Assembly (NCBI RefSeq): GCF_024521635.1
Contig: NW_026250420.1
Location: 186,001 to 250,000 of the forward strand
Reading direction: 5' to 3'
Source of the DNA: Tricharina praecox
Lineage: Eukaryota
Length of the DNA: 64,000 bases
The position numbers were made by a program, and so were the translations under genes. The notes under the pieces are model-generated. The model did not search any database. It was not told the DNA's origin and saw nothing but the letters and a program-made list of their open reading frames with translations. This document shows positions 1 through 10,760 of the stretch, piece by piece; within the stretch, counting starts at the first letter, position 1, and every line of letters starts with the position of its first letter.

Positions 1-1617
1 CGTTTTCCTAGATCTCTAGGATAAACATGGCCGCGGGCCCTTGGGGGCGCTAAAAAAGCGGCATTCCTCCAGATCTCCAGAACTCCCGGCGGATCGGGAG
101 CGGATGCCTCAGACCGGGGCTGCATACATAAATGGGTAAGTGTGCGCACGGCAGGGCACATGATCCGGGACAACACCAGCAGCAGGCTTCTTCAGGCGTC
201 GACACCTGCAGAAATGCAAGCAAGCACGCAGGCAAGGGAAGAGACGGTTTCGATGAACAAGGGCCCGCCGAAGCGCGTTCCCGTCTCACTGAAGCCACAT
301 TCCACGTGTGTGTGTCGTTGTGTAAATTGTGCTAGCACACCGCGTGGACCTCCTGAAGGCTGACGCTGGGTGAGCAGAGGCGCACTTTTCAAGTTTCGGG
401 GCCCTGCCTGCCTGCGCCACTTCACCGCAATGGGGAGGATTCGGGGATCTGCCCAGTGCCAGTCAAGTCAGTCCTTTGCCCAGTCAGTTCTTTGCCGGCC
501 AGCCACCAATCCTGCACCCACCAAGCGTCATGCAGGCGACAGTTGTTCAATTCCCACGCTCCAACGCCCCACACACTTTTCCTAATTGCCGAGCCATCAT
601 GCCTGCTCTTCTGCTTGCGTTGCCAACGTGTCTTGCTCAGGGTTTTCCGGGAGGTGGAGAAAAGGGTTGCTGGGTGGCTGGCTGAGTGGATGGCAGAGTG
701 GACGAGAGTGGTGGAGAGAGAGAGAACTTTCTGTCGCACAGAGCGAATGGTCTGTAACTATAGTAATAGTACGGTACTCTATCTACTGTACGCAGAGTTG
801 TCTTTGTCTTCGCCTTCATCATCATCGTCCTCCTTCCCTCCAGCTCCGCTCCTCCTCCTGCGTCCTCATCGACAATCGAATCACCAACCCCGCATATCCC
901 GACCGTACTCCACTCTTCGCCGTAACCGAACCTGTCGACAGTGGCCACGACATCTTCGCTTCCGCGCCGCGCACACGCCAACCTCGACTGGCTGCTTTTC
1001 GTCCATCGCACCAACTCTACATACTGGTAATTACCCCCCCACCCCCCGGCCGCCCGCCGCCGCCGCTCCCTTTCATCTCGAAAAAGTTCGACGACTACCG
1101 ACGACCGACAACGAAACGAAACGAAATTCCGTGAGTGAGCCGTAACTGACATTCGGCGCAGTCCTCCGCCTGCCCGGTGCCTGGATGAGGGGTTTTTCGA
1201 GCTTCGAACACGCTTCGGTCCCATCCCTCTGCTTCGCCACATACCCTTTCATCACCGGATCCTGGGTGTGCGCGGTACAGGTGTAGATTGTCCGGCCCTG
1301 TAAGTGTGCATTTCTTCAGTCTTCCCTTTCTACAGCCATCAGCACCTCCACCTCCACCAACTCCACCGCCATTCCCCAAGAAAGAACTCCTGTGCCTTTC
1401 GAAAGTAGCACATGCTCACCTGCTGCCTGTGTCCACTTCTTTCACTCGCTTGTTCCCGCCGCTAATTGCATCGCGCTGTGCTCATGACAAACCAGTCCTT
1501 GCCAACCCTCCAGCCGTCCCGTCCACCACACTCCACGCGAGACCCCTTTTCGTCCCCACCGAGCCAAGCACGCCGCTTTTTGCCGTTCAGGGGCCCAGCA
1601 CTTCTACTACCGCAGCT

Positions 1618-4266
1618 ATGTCTTCCGAAGGGGCGCCTCCTCACCCCCGAATCTCCGCAACTCCACAAGGCTTCAACACCTCCATGTTCGACGACCCTCC
1701 CGTACTGTCACCGAGCAAACTCCGTTCACGAACACGATCCCGATCGGCCGAGCCAGCGTCGCGAACAGCCCGTCTGACGAACCTCGTCAATGCCCCGTTT
1801 CTGCCGCAGCAGCAGCCACCACCATCACCACCCGACACAGCCACCAACGAACAGAACGGTAACGGCGTAATATACCGGAGAGATCTTCCGCCGCCTCCTC
1901 CTCCTACTCGAGCCCCTCCCGCCGTCCCTACTACTACCGGCGCCGCAGAACAGAAGATACTCCCCAGGCTTGCTGATAGAGTCATGGATGTGAAGCGGGG
2001 TTCATTCGGCGCTAGACCTCTGCCGCCAGCAGTTCAGCGGTTCTACTCCTCGGAAACTCCAGTTCCGTCGACGATGTCGGGCTTGCTACAGCAACATCAG
2101 CATCGAGACGTCGATGGTTTCCGCGCCACCCCACCCATCGCCGGTATGCCTCCATCGCCGCCCCTGACGCGCAGGTCAACAACATCCCCGCGCTCGCCCG
2201 CCATCGGAAGGAGCATTTCCTTACACAAACCGATGTCGCCACCACCGCCATCGGTTCAAGAACAGACGTCGGAAGCGGGTACCACAATACACCATCTACC
2301 GCGGGCCGCATCGACAGCCGGCTCCAACGTCTCCTTCAAGGATATCGTGCGAACGGGGAAGAATCTCGGACAGAACCCCATCGACTACCTCATCCCAAAT
2401 GGCTCCCTCCCCGCACCTGTTTCCCCATACTTTCACCCTGTGCATGATCCCTGCTCGCTAGACGTTCCGCCAAGCATGCGTGGCGACCACCCCGACGCTA
2501 ATCCGGTAGCGGGCATTTTCGGCAACCTCAACTATCTGCTGGATTCGTATCTAACGATTCTCGCGTCGGGAGGATCGTTGGCCGTAGGCACGGGGTATCA
2601 ATCCGTGGCGAGGAAGTTGCTGGATCGGGTGGAGACCCTGTTCGCGAGGGATCTCGATGTGGATGGAATTGGCTGGGCGGATGTGTTGGAGTTTTTGCGC
2701 GGGAGCAGACAGAAGCCATTCTTGTGTGTGCTGCCTGTCCGCGGGATTCTCGCGCGGAGGGACGAGGAGTCGGTTGTCGGCGGCGGCGGTCTAGATGTAC
2801 CATGCACCACCCGTGAACTGGCGGAATCCGTCGTAGCTGGCGTCAAGACCAAACCGGCCATGAGCAAGGTGGAGCAGTGGCTTGAAGAGGTGGAGCAGGT
2901 GTTGAAAGCATCTGGTGACGACAGCTGTGGCGGGAAGAGTCTCACTAAAGAAGACGAAGACGAGGAGGACCACATGGTATGCGAGATTATCGAGGGAATC
3001 CTCAAAAACAACACCGAGGAGAACCAAATCAAGAACTTCCATCGCTTCCTCGACGACCGCGTTTTGATCGCGGATATGCAGCGCGCGCTGATCAGACTCT
3101 ACGACGACCACCCCGCCGACTCCATCACGCCTCCGATCGTGGCGCTCTACATGCTCCTGCACCCCGAGCTGCACCCCATCCTCCGCGCCCTCTCCAACGT
3201 CGCCGAGTCCGAGCTCGAACTCATCAACTCCGGCAAGTTCGACAGTTTCCTCGACGGCGCAACCAATGTTGTCGCGCGCGACGAGGAGGAAGAACTCCAC
3301 CTCATCACCCGACTTGACAAGCGCCTCTTCAACGTCCTCGAGGGTCTCGAAGACGAGATCGAAGAGCTGCACACGCGCTCGCTCGTCGTGCGGCGCGCGC
3401 TCAAGTCGCGCAAGGAGCAGATCGTGCGCAAGCAGCCGTCGATGGCGTCGATCATCAGCCGGTCGGCGTCGCCCGTCGGCTCGCGCCGGCGCTCCAGCGC
3501 GCAGGGGAAACCCGCCGCCGCTGCCGACGACGACCTGCAGAGCGTGGAGGAGAAGCGCCGGCTCGACGAGGAGGAGTGGTCGCCCAACGTGCCGACGCTG
3601 CACGTGCCCATCACCCCCGACGACAGCGCGAGCAACATCACGTTCAACCGTCGCCGGAGACAGGAGCGCACCGAGAAGATCAACCGCAACGATGACGAGC
3701 GCCGTAGGGAGAAGGAGCGGAAGCGCGAGAAGAAGGCGAAGAAGGAGGATGATAAGGCGCCGGGACTCACCCCCCGCTTCTCGCTAAAGGAGTTTGCGAT
3801 TAAGTCGGGCGAGTTCGGACCTGCGACTGTCGTCGACGAGGAGAAGAGTGAGGGCGAGACGTTGCTCAGTAATAAGCGCAAGAAGCGGAAGGGAGAGCGC
3901 GGGGAGCGCGGAGAACGTGGAGAGCGCAGGGAGCGCAGCAGAAACCGCTGCGGCGAGTGTGGTAGCTGCGTCGGCGAGGGGGAGGAGGGCGAGAAGAGGA
4001 AACATCGCGAGCATCGCGAGCATAGGGATAGGGGGGATAAGGATCGGGACGGCGAGAAGGAGGGGAAGGACGGGAAAGAGGGGAAGAAGCGACACAGCAA
4101 GGAGAAGAAGGAGGAGCGCGCGGCCGAGAAGGAGAAGGAGAAGGAGAAGGAGAAGGAGAAGGAGAAGGAGAAGGAGAAGGACGAGGCCAAGGATGCAGAG
4201 AACGGCAAGGACAAGGAGAAGAAGGGAGAGACCGATAGCCTCAAATCCCGTGGTCGTCCCAGTTGA
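1618..4266 (+). CDS. Uncharacterised fungal protein, 882 aa: Pro/Ser-rich N-terminus, helical core, coiled coil, Lys/Glu/Arg-rich tail
   Basis: Single long ORF with first ATG at 1618 (gctATGtct). Globular-looking segments include GGSLAVGTGYQSVARKLLDRVETLFARDL, RLDKRLFNVLEGLEDEIEELH and ITPDDSASNI. A probable 5'UTR intron lies at 1300-1495 (GTAAGT..GCTAAT..CAG). No catalytic motif recognised. Confidence 0.85.
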   Translation: MSSEGAPPHPRISATPQGFNTSMFDDPPVLSPSKLRSRTRSRSAEPASRTARLTNLVNAPFLPQQQPPPSPPDTATNEQNGNGVIYRRDLPPPPPPTRAPPAVPTTTGAAEQKILPRLADRVMDVKRGSFGARPLPPAVQRFYSSETPVPSTMSGLLQQHQHRDVDGFRATPPIAGMPPSPPLTRRSTTSPRSPAIGRSISLHKPMSPPPPSVQEQTSEAGTTIHHLPRAASTAGSNVSFKDIVRTGKNLGQNPIDYLIPNGSLPAPVSPYFHPVHDPCSLDVPPSMRGDHPDANPVAGIFGNLNYLLDSYLTILASGGSLAVGTGYQSVARKLLDRVETLFARDLDVDGIGWADVLEFLRGSRQKPFLCVLPVRGILARRDEESVVGGGGLDVPCTTRELAESVVAGVKTKPAMSKVEQWLEEVEQVLKASGDDSCGGKSLTKEDEDEEDHMVCEIIEGILKNNTEENQIKNFHRFLDDRVLIADMQRALIRLYDDHPADSITPPIVALYMLLHPELHPILRALSNVAESELELINSGKFDSFLDGATNVVARDEEEELHLITRLDKRLFNVLEGLEDEIEELHTRSLVVRRALKSRKEQIVRKQPSMASIISRSASPVGSRRRSSAQGKPAAAADDDLQSVEEKRRLDEEEWSPNVPTLHVPITPDDSASNITFNRRRRQERTEKINRNDDERRREKERKREKKAKKEDDKAPGLTPRFSLKEFAIKSGEFGPATVVDEEKSEGETLLSNKRKKRKGERGERGERGERRERSRNRCGECGSCVGEGEEGEKRKHREHREHRDRGDKDRDGEKEGKDGKEGKKRHSKEKKEERAAEKEKEKEKEKEKEKEKEKDEAKDAENGKDKEKKGETDSLKSRGRPS

Positions 4267-4527
4267 CAATTGTGGAAACGATTGGTGCCCGAAGGTGGAG
4301 GTGGAGGCGGAAGCGCGGCGGGCGCGGCGGGAGGAGCAGCGGGCGCGGGTGCCATCGAGGAAATTATTGAGCCTAGCGAGGAGGAGGAGGCGCAGTTGCT
4401 CCAGCAGCAGCAACAACAACAGCAGCAGGAGGAGGCAGACGAGGAGGAGCGAATCAACCAGTCCACACTGGGCGTCGACGACGACATCAGTAGTGTCTGT
4501 ACCGATGTATTACTAAATCTGCGGTAG
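4267..4527 (+). other. In-frame 86-codon extension downstream of the TGA of the preceding gene
   Basis: Same frame as 1618-4266 and open to TAG 4525-4527. It has poly-Gly/Gln/Glu runs with in-frame synonymous variation. Confidence 0.5.
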
Positions 4528-5053
4528 GGATACGTAGCACGAGAGGGGGGGGGTGGAGGGAGGGGAGAGCATGACGGACGGACGGACGGCCTGTGGCGTT
4601 TTTTTCTTTTTCTTTTCGATATATATATCATGGAGTTTTATGTGTTTTTATTTTGTGGCATTATCAGCTTTGGTGGGGGAGTAGGGACTGGGGGTGGGGT
4701 GTGCACTGGGGGTTGCGAATGGACGAATGGTATCGGTATCGTTCGGTTTTATGGTACTCTACTGGTGAATAGTGAATGGTCGGTACGCATGTGACCATGT
4801 GTAGACCATCCGTATCATAATCTTCGAGGTATGCTGTCATAGTTGCCCAGTCGCCATCCAGAAGTCCTGTCGTGTTTTCGCTGCAGATCGGGGACGAGTG
4901 GCTGTTTCCTGTGATTTGGTGTAGGCATGTACAGTACGGCAATGTATCGCTACCTCGAGCCGCAGTCGGCGAGTGCATGGTTACTAGGGATAGTAGAAGC
5001 TGGGCACGAGCCTACAACTATCTGTTCAATAACATCGCAGCGTCACGACGAGC

Positions 5054-5650
5054 TCAAAACCATACGAAGCCATTAAGAATGCAATTATTTGCGGTAATAT
5101 TGAGAAAAAAAGAGAAACCAAAACCAAAACCAAAACCAAAACCAAAACCAAAACCAGCTCCCTTCCGCCTTTCCTCCACTCCGCAGCCGCCCGTGATGAG
5201 GAACTTGTACTCGTTTTTTTCTTCAGCGGGCGCCTCCTTGGCCTCACCCCCTCCCTCCTCCTCATCCATCTGTTGGATAACGTTCTTCCAGTCTCTATCC
5301 TTCTGGGAGATCTCATCTCCATCCTCGCCGCCGCCGCCGCCGGCAGCGTTGGGTGCTTTCTCATCAGGGTTATCACCCTCCACCTCCACCTCCATCTCCT
5401 CGCCCCGGGCGGCCGCAGCGGCGGGTCCAGCTTCAGCCTCCGGGTAATTGGCGGCTTCGTCCGCAACCGCGAAACGAAAACGGACAGCAAGTCCGTCCGC
5501 GAATCCGGAGTCTTCAGTCGTGGAAGCCAGAGTCGTTGAGGAAGTATAGCGGCCTCGATGTGCGCACTGCCGGCGGTGGTGGCCGCTGGGGCCGAGCCGG
5601 CGACGGCAGCAGCGTCGGTGGTCGTGATTGTGTTCTCCTCCTAGTTCGCA
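5054..5650 (-). pseudogene. Array unit A: decayed small acidic orphan gene
   Basis: Minus-strand peptides ..TTAGSAHIEAA, then a frameshift, then EDSGFADGLAVRFRFAVADE..EGDNPDEK..EISQKDRDWKNVIQQMDEEE. No clean start. Confidence 0.45.
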
Positions 5651-6207
5651 TGCTTTTCTGCATACTCAGGGTCGTCACCCTTACTGCCGTTGGGTGAATT
5701 TTAGTGGTGGAACCTAATGGTTTTTAGTTATAACTTGTTTCGTGGTGGTGTTATTGTTTGGTTGGTGTTGTAGAAGGAAGGTGAGAGGAAGGTGGGAGGA
5801 AGAAGGTGGGATGAAGAAGGTGGGATGAAGAAGGTGGGAGGAAGAAGGTGGGATGAAGGTGGGATGAAGAGGATGGGATGAAGAATATTAGAGGGAAAGA
5901 GAGTGAAGGGGGAGTAGAGCACTAGCGAGGAAAGTATCACGCAGAGCTTAGGGCTAAATCGCTGTTGAGGGTTGACGCATCATGCTTTGTCACTCGTCTC
6001 AAGTGATGCCATGACGCACTGCCGCCGCCCGGCTCATGACTGAGTTGCGACGGCACGAACTCCGTACATAATCTCTAGTACGGAGAAATCAGAAGCTTTG
6101 CTTCTATGGGAACTCATGTTGCGCACGGTATCTCTGCCTCGAGCGGCGAGCTGCGGCTGGCAATTCCACGACTTAGTAGAGCTGGCTACGAGCATACGAG
6201 TCTACAG

Positions 6208-6834
6208 CTACCTTGTACTGTCACGACGAGCTCGAAAGTATTTGAAGTCATTGAGGATGCAGTTATTTGCGGTAATATTGAGAAGCAAAAGAAAGAACAA
6301 AAAACTAAAACTAAAACTAAAACAAAAAACAAAAAACAGCTCCCTTTCGCCTCTGCTCCGCGCCGCAGCCGCCCGTGATAATTTGTACTCATTTTTTCCT
6401 TCAGCGGGCTCGTCCTTGGCGACAGCCTCCTTGGCCTCACCCTCCCCGGCCTCCTCTTCCATCTGCTCCATAACGTTCTTCCAGTCTCTGTCCTTCTGGC
6501 AGATTTCATCTCCCTCACCTCCCTCGTCTCCCTGCTCGCCGGCGGCGGCGGCAGCGTTAGGTGCTTTCTCCTCAGGGTCGCAATCATCTCCCCGCCGGCA
6601 GCCGCGGCGGCAGCGCCAAGTCTGGCTTCCGCCTCATGGCCATTGCCGACTTCGTCCGCAACCGCGAAGTGGAAACGGACAGCAAATCCGTCTGTGAACC
6701 CGGAGTCTTCAATCCTAGAATCTCGAGTTGTCGAGTTGTCGAGCAAGTATTGCGGCCTCGATACGCGCGCCGCCGGCGGTGGCGGTGTTGGTGGTCGAAT
6801 TGGAGGTGGGGATGATGATCTTGGTGGCGGCCAT
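6208..6834 (-). pseudogene. Array unit B: decayed small acidic orphan gene
   Basis: ATG at 6834 gives MAATKIIIPTSNSTTNTATAGGARIEAA, then a stop and frameshifts before EDSGFTDGFAVRFHFAVADE and KDRDWKNVMEQMEEE. Confidence 0.5.
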
Positions 6835-7054
6835 AGTATCCGTCGCTGGGTGGATTGTAGTGGTGGAACCGAATGGTTTGTAATTGAGTGAATTGTGTGG
6901 TGAAATCGAATGGTTTTTAGTTGTGACTCTATTGAGTGGTGGGGTTATTGATCATCCGATGATGGTGGGGAAGGAAGAAGGTGGGAGGAATAATGTTGGA
7001 GGGAGAGAGAGGGAAGGGGCAGGACAGCGCTAGCGGGGAAATAACCCATGCGTG

Positions 7055-7133
7055 GTCACTCGTACCCAGTGATGTCACTCGTACCCAGTGATGTCACTCG
7101 TACCCAGTGATGTCACTCGTACCCAGTGATGTC
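7055..7133. repeat. Perfect 19-bp minisatellite x4 (GTCACTCGTACCCAGTGAT)
   Basis: Read directly. Each unit contains the inverted repeat TCACT-N7-AGTGA. Confidence 0.97.
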
Positions 7134-7452
7134 CTGTGAAGCGCTGTCCGAAATCCTCGGAGCAGCGGGTAGTTGCGACAGCTGAGATTCCGTGCAAAGG
7201 AGCCACCATTTACGGAGAAATCAAAAGTTCCACTTCTACGGAAATACATGGTTCGTATCTACGGTGTTGCTGCAGCCGGCAAGTGGTGTTCTACATAGTC
7301 CAGCTCGTCCGTTTCTCACCCCTGACGAGACTAGACTGTAGATCTAGCTTCGAGGCTACGGGAACCATCTGGTACAATGTACACAGCTGTCACGGCCGGC
7401 GCGACCAGCTACAAAGTTCGAAGGATACAAAAAAACGGCATTGAGCATGCAA

Positions 7453-8340
7453 TTATTTTCCGATAATATTGAAAGAATGAAAGAAAAACAAAAACGATAA
7501 AAAAACAAACAGCTCCCTCAGCCCTTGCTCCGCAGTCGCCCGTAACGAACTTGTATTCATTCTTTCCTTCAGCGGGCTCCTACTTGGCGACACCTTCCTT
7601 GGCCTGACCCTCGTCGGCCTCACGCCAACTTTCCTCCTCATCCATCTGTTCCAACACGTTCTTCCAGTCTCTGTCCTTCTGGGAGATCTCATCTCCATCA
7701 CCTCCCTCATCTCCCTCCTCACAGGCGGCAGCGGCAGCGTCGGCGTCTTCCTAATCAGGGTCGTAACCCTCATCTCCCCGCCGGCAGCCGCGGCAGCAGC
7801 AGCGTGTATGATGACTATATTAAACCACGGGGTCATTGCCGACTTTGTCCGCAACCGCGAAACGGAAACGGACAGCAAATCCGTCTGTGAACCCGGAGTC
7901 TTCAATCCTAGAATCTCGAGTTGTCGAGTTGTCGAGCAAGTATTGCGGCCTCGATACGCGCGCCGCCGGCGGTGGTGGCCGCTGGAGCCGAGCCGGCGAC
8001 GGCAGTAGCGTGACTAGAGGCCATCACGGCCTCCTCCTCCTACATCTCATGCTCTTCCCGCATACGCAGGGTCATAATCCTCCGCCTCGCCGGCGGCCGC
8101 GGCGGCCGCGGCGGTCAACAACAATGGAGTGCAACTTCATCATCCTCTATCGCCTCCCCCTTCGGCTGTTTAGGGTTGTCACCCTCTATTTCCTCGCTGG
8201 CGCCAGCGGTGGCAGCAGCGCAGGGTTCGTCCTCGATCTCCCTCTCGCTCTCGAAACAGACAGCAAGTCCGTCAGCGAAGCCGGAGTCTTCAGTCCTGGA
8301 AGCCAGACCCCAAATCCTCGGATTCTAGCTGAGTTCTTCC
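7453..8340 (-). pseudogene. Array unit C fused to partial unit D
   Basis: Same peptide blocks as units A and B, with frameshifts. The block acagcaagtccgtc..cggagtcttcag is duplicated at 8258-8294. Confidence 0.45.
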
Positions 8341-8394
8341 AATGACTACCCATAGTAATGGTTGATGATAACCAACAGCGATACTAATGTATTC

Positions 8395-8802
8395 TCATAT
8401 GCCTAAGGTATGTTGCCAGCTTGCTGGGTGTAACAGCACGAGTTGGTTGGCTGGGACACCTTGTCGGATCAACTCAGCCAAAAGAGATGTTGCTTTATGG
8501 CTAGCAAAGATCTGAGGATCGAGCGGTGCAGCAGTGGCAGAATTGGCTGAAGTTGGTCCTGCGAGGTTAGAGGATGATGGTGGAGCAGCGGGAATAGCGG
8601 GAATAGCTGGGTGTGACGATGGAGTGACAGACAGTGTGCGGTGAGTGGAAAGGACGCGTTTTGGGCTGGCTGGTCTTGATGCTGGTTGGGCCTGATTGGT
8701 AGGTGGAAAGATAGGAAGAGGTGTAGCGCAGTCAGGACAGAACCGAGACTGTAAAGACGCATGGTAGGGAGGAGAGCAATAGGAAGCCAAACAGGTAGAC
8801 AT
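8395..8802 (-). CDS. Possible small or truncated gene with N-terminal Cys cluster (C-x4-C..FCPDC)
   Basis: 135-aa ATG ORF in good context (aagATG) with a TATA-like element at ~8879-8886 upstream. It ends next to the array boundary, so it may be a relic. Confidence 0.3.
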   Translation of the reverse strand: MSTCLASYCSPPYHASLQSRFCPDCATPLPIFPPTNQAQPASRPASPKRVLSTHRTLSVTPSSHPAIPAIPAAPPSSSNLAGPTSANSATAAPLDPQIFASHKATSLLAELIRQGVPANQLVLLHPASWQHTLGI

Positions 8803-9042
8803 CTTGGATTATCGATATTGTGTATGGTAATATAGGTATGTGTTGAGATGAAAGTCACTACGTGGGCGAGAAGCCCCATTTATAAAGGTCCATTTCTCCT
8901 CCATTATCTTCATTCTAACTTTGCACCTTCATCCTATACCAACTCGCCAGCCTACCCACCGGCCCTACCAACTTCAATCTCCATACTTTTCTTTTTCCAT
9001 TTGCGCTTATCCGGAACCATATATGCCTCCACTACCACATTC

Positions 9043-9170
9043 CTGCGGCCTCGTAGTCCAACCCAACATCTCGCTCGGCGGTGGGAGTGCCCTGCCACAG
9101 TGCTGAGGCCTCGTACTCCACCCCCAAACTCTCGCCCAGTGGCGGGAGTGCCCTGCCACAGTCATGCGAC
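9043..9170. repeat. Diverged 60-bp direct repeat x2
   Basis: ggcctcgta..gggagtgccctgccacagt at ~9047 and ~9107. Confidence 0.85.
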
Positions 9171-9307
9171 CTCCACTCGCTCGGGGGCGGGATTGCCCAG
9201 CCCCGCCAGCCCAGGGCCAGCCCATTGTTTTATTTTTCTTTTCTTCTTCTTTCTTTTCCTTCCGGGATATGTATGTAAAAGTACATATGACATGTGCTGG
9301 CCTGGCT

Positions 9308-9361
9308 CCACCACCACCACCACCACCACCACCACCACCACCACCACCACCACCACCACCA
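9308..9361. repeat. (CCA)18 microsatellite
   Basis: Read directly. Confidence 0.97.
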
Positions 9362-10348
9362 TCATCACCTAAACCTAGCCCCCCTCGTCCTGCAGAAACG
9401 AAACGAGAAGAAAGGACGTGAGTGTGAGTCCGAGTCTGAGTATGTGCTGTGCTGTGATTATGTGATGCCAGGACCACGTCGACAGTCGAGTCGACGATCG
9501 ATGCTTGCTTTTTGCCTTTACGTTTCGGCGCATATCGCATATCGCATAGCCATCGCAGTGCCAGCGCACCATGGGACCATAGGCCTCCGTCTTGTCCCGA
9601 GCCCTTCTGCATGCATGCATCGTGGGTAGGTATGTCACGTTTCACATGGTGATAGCGATGGTGGTGGTGATAGTGATAGTGATGGGGCTTTAGTTATGGC
9701 CAGCGATGACGACGCCCTGGGGGACGCGGCGGCGGCGGCTAGCTGGCCGCTGGACACGCGCCGCGCGCTCGAGGTTGCCTTGGATCTTGGACCTTGGAGG
9801 GGGAACCTGGAGTGTCTGTCTATAGTACCTGCCTAAGTACCTACCAGTCGTACTAGATAGGTAGAGCACCTAGGGACCGAGAAAAACGATTACATCCCCC
9901 GCCCCCCCGCCCCCCCGGCGAGCAAACATACAGAGCACAGTTTTCTTCTTTGGGCCTCGAGTGCTTGTGGAACCTGTGCTCTTCCCTGCCGCTTTCGCGT
10001 TGCGGATCGCGTAGGGCCTGGCTGATCCACTCAACAGTAAAAAAAAGGGATTGAACCAAGCTGCCGGAAAGTTGGGAAATACGTCCTGGCTAGAGAGCAG
10101 GGGCAGGGGCAGGAGCTGTAGCTGTAGCTGTCACATATCTGCCATTTTGCATTGCATTGCTTGGCAATGATTGGGGTGAAAGAGAGAAAGAGAGAGAGCT
10201 GCTGGCTATGGTAGACGGTGGGGCGCACAGCCCGCCTTACTTACTTGCTATACGAAACGGTAGAGGATTAGGGGTTTGGCATTCGACATGCGGTATGCGG
10301 TATGCGGTATGCGGTATGCGTAAGCCCGAGCTCGAGCGGTGCGTGTCG

Positions 10349-10416
10349 GTCGACCCCCATCCAGTTGATCGAGGATGCCGGAGTCGACCCCCATCCAGTT
10401 GATCGAGGATGCCGGA
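10349..10416. repeat. Perfect 34-bp tandem duplication
   Basis: gtcgacccccatccagttgatcgaggatgccgga at 10349 and 10383. Confidence 0.95.
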
Positions 10417-10671
10417 CTGGGAAAGGGGCGCTCGCTCAGGTGACTGCGCCGCGTGCACATGAGCACGCGGCGAGCGAACCATTGCGCCAGCGATGCCGGT
10501 ATGCACCCCCGTGTGTGGTTCGTCAGTTCCTCAGGTACGAAGCCGAAGCCGAGTTATTCGCTTCTTATTTTTCTTCTCTTTTTTTCTTTTCGTTTCTCTT
10601 CTTTCCTTTCCTTTTTTCCCTTTTCTTTTTCCGCCAGACTTCCAGCTGTGTGGAGTAGGTAAGGTGGGCAG

Positions 10672-10760
10672 GGCAATCGCCGGGGGAAACACAACCGCCC
10701 CGTCCCCTCGACATGGCAATCGCCGGGGAAACACAACCGCCCCGTCCCCTCGACATGGCA
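10672..10760. repeat. Near-perfect 43/42-bp tandem duplication
   Basis: ggcaatcgccgggg(g)aaacacaaccgccccgtcccctcgacat at 10672 and 10715. Confidence 0.95.

Larger units (their letters stand above)
4945..8340 (-). repeat. Tandem array of three diverged ~1.19-kb units plus a partial fourth
   Basis: Anchor ccgcaaccgcgaa at 5461, 6656 and 7849 (spacing 1195/1193). The blocks cgttcttccagtctct, cggagtcttca and atgca(a/g)ttattt recur in each unit. A partial extra copy lies at ~8130-8340. Confidence 0.92.

Noticed and set aside
1..450. Short ORFs and splice-like motifs at the window start
   Set aside because: No consistent exon chain or recognisable protein could be built.
3946..3969. RCGECGSC resembling half of a CXXC zinc finger
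   Set aside because: Only one CGxCxxC unit, embedded in a charged low-complexity tail; no second half.
2791..4631. Long antisense and alternate-frame ORFs (270, 494, 211, 240 aa) over the first gene
   Set aside because: Shadows of GC-rich, low-complexity coding sequence with (GAGAAG)n. The same applies to ORFs overlapping the Zn2Cys6 gene, RRP8 and DDI1.
5948..5956. TTAGGGCTA (Tbf1 or telomere-like motif) upstream of array unit A
   Set aside because: A single 9-mer is expected about once per ~130 kb of double-stranded random sequence, and it is absent from the other units.
7055..7133. CRISPR-like palindromic repeats
   Set aside because: Head-to-tail copies with no spacers, a eukaryotic context and no cas genes.
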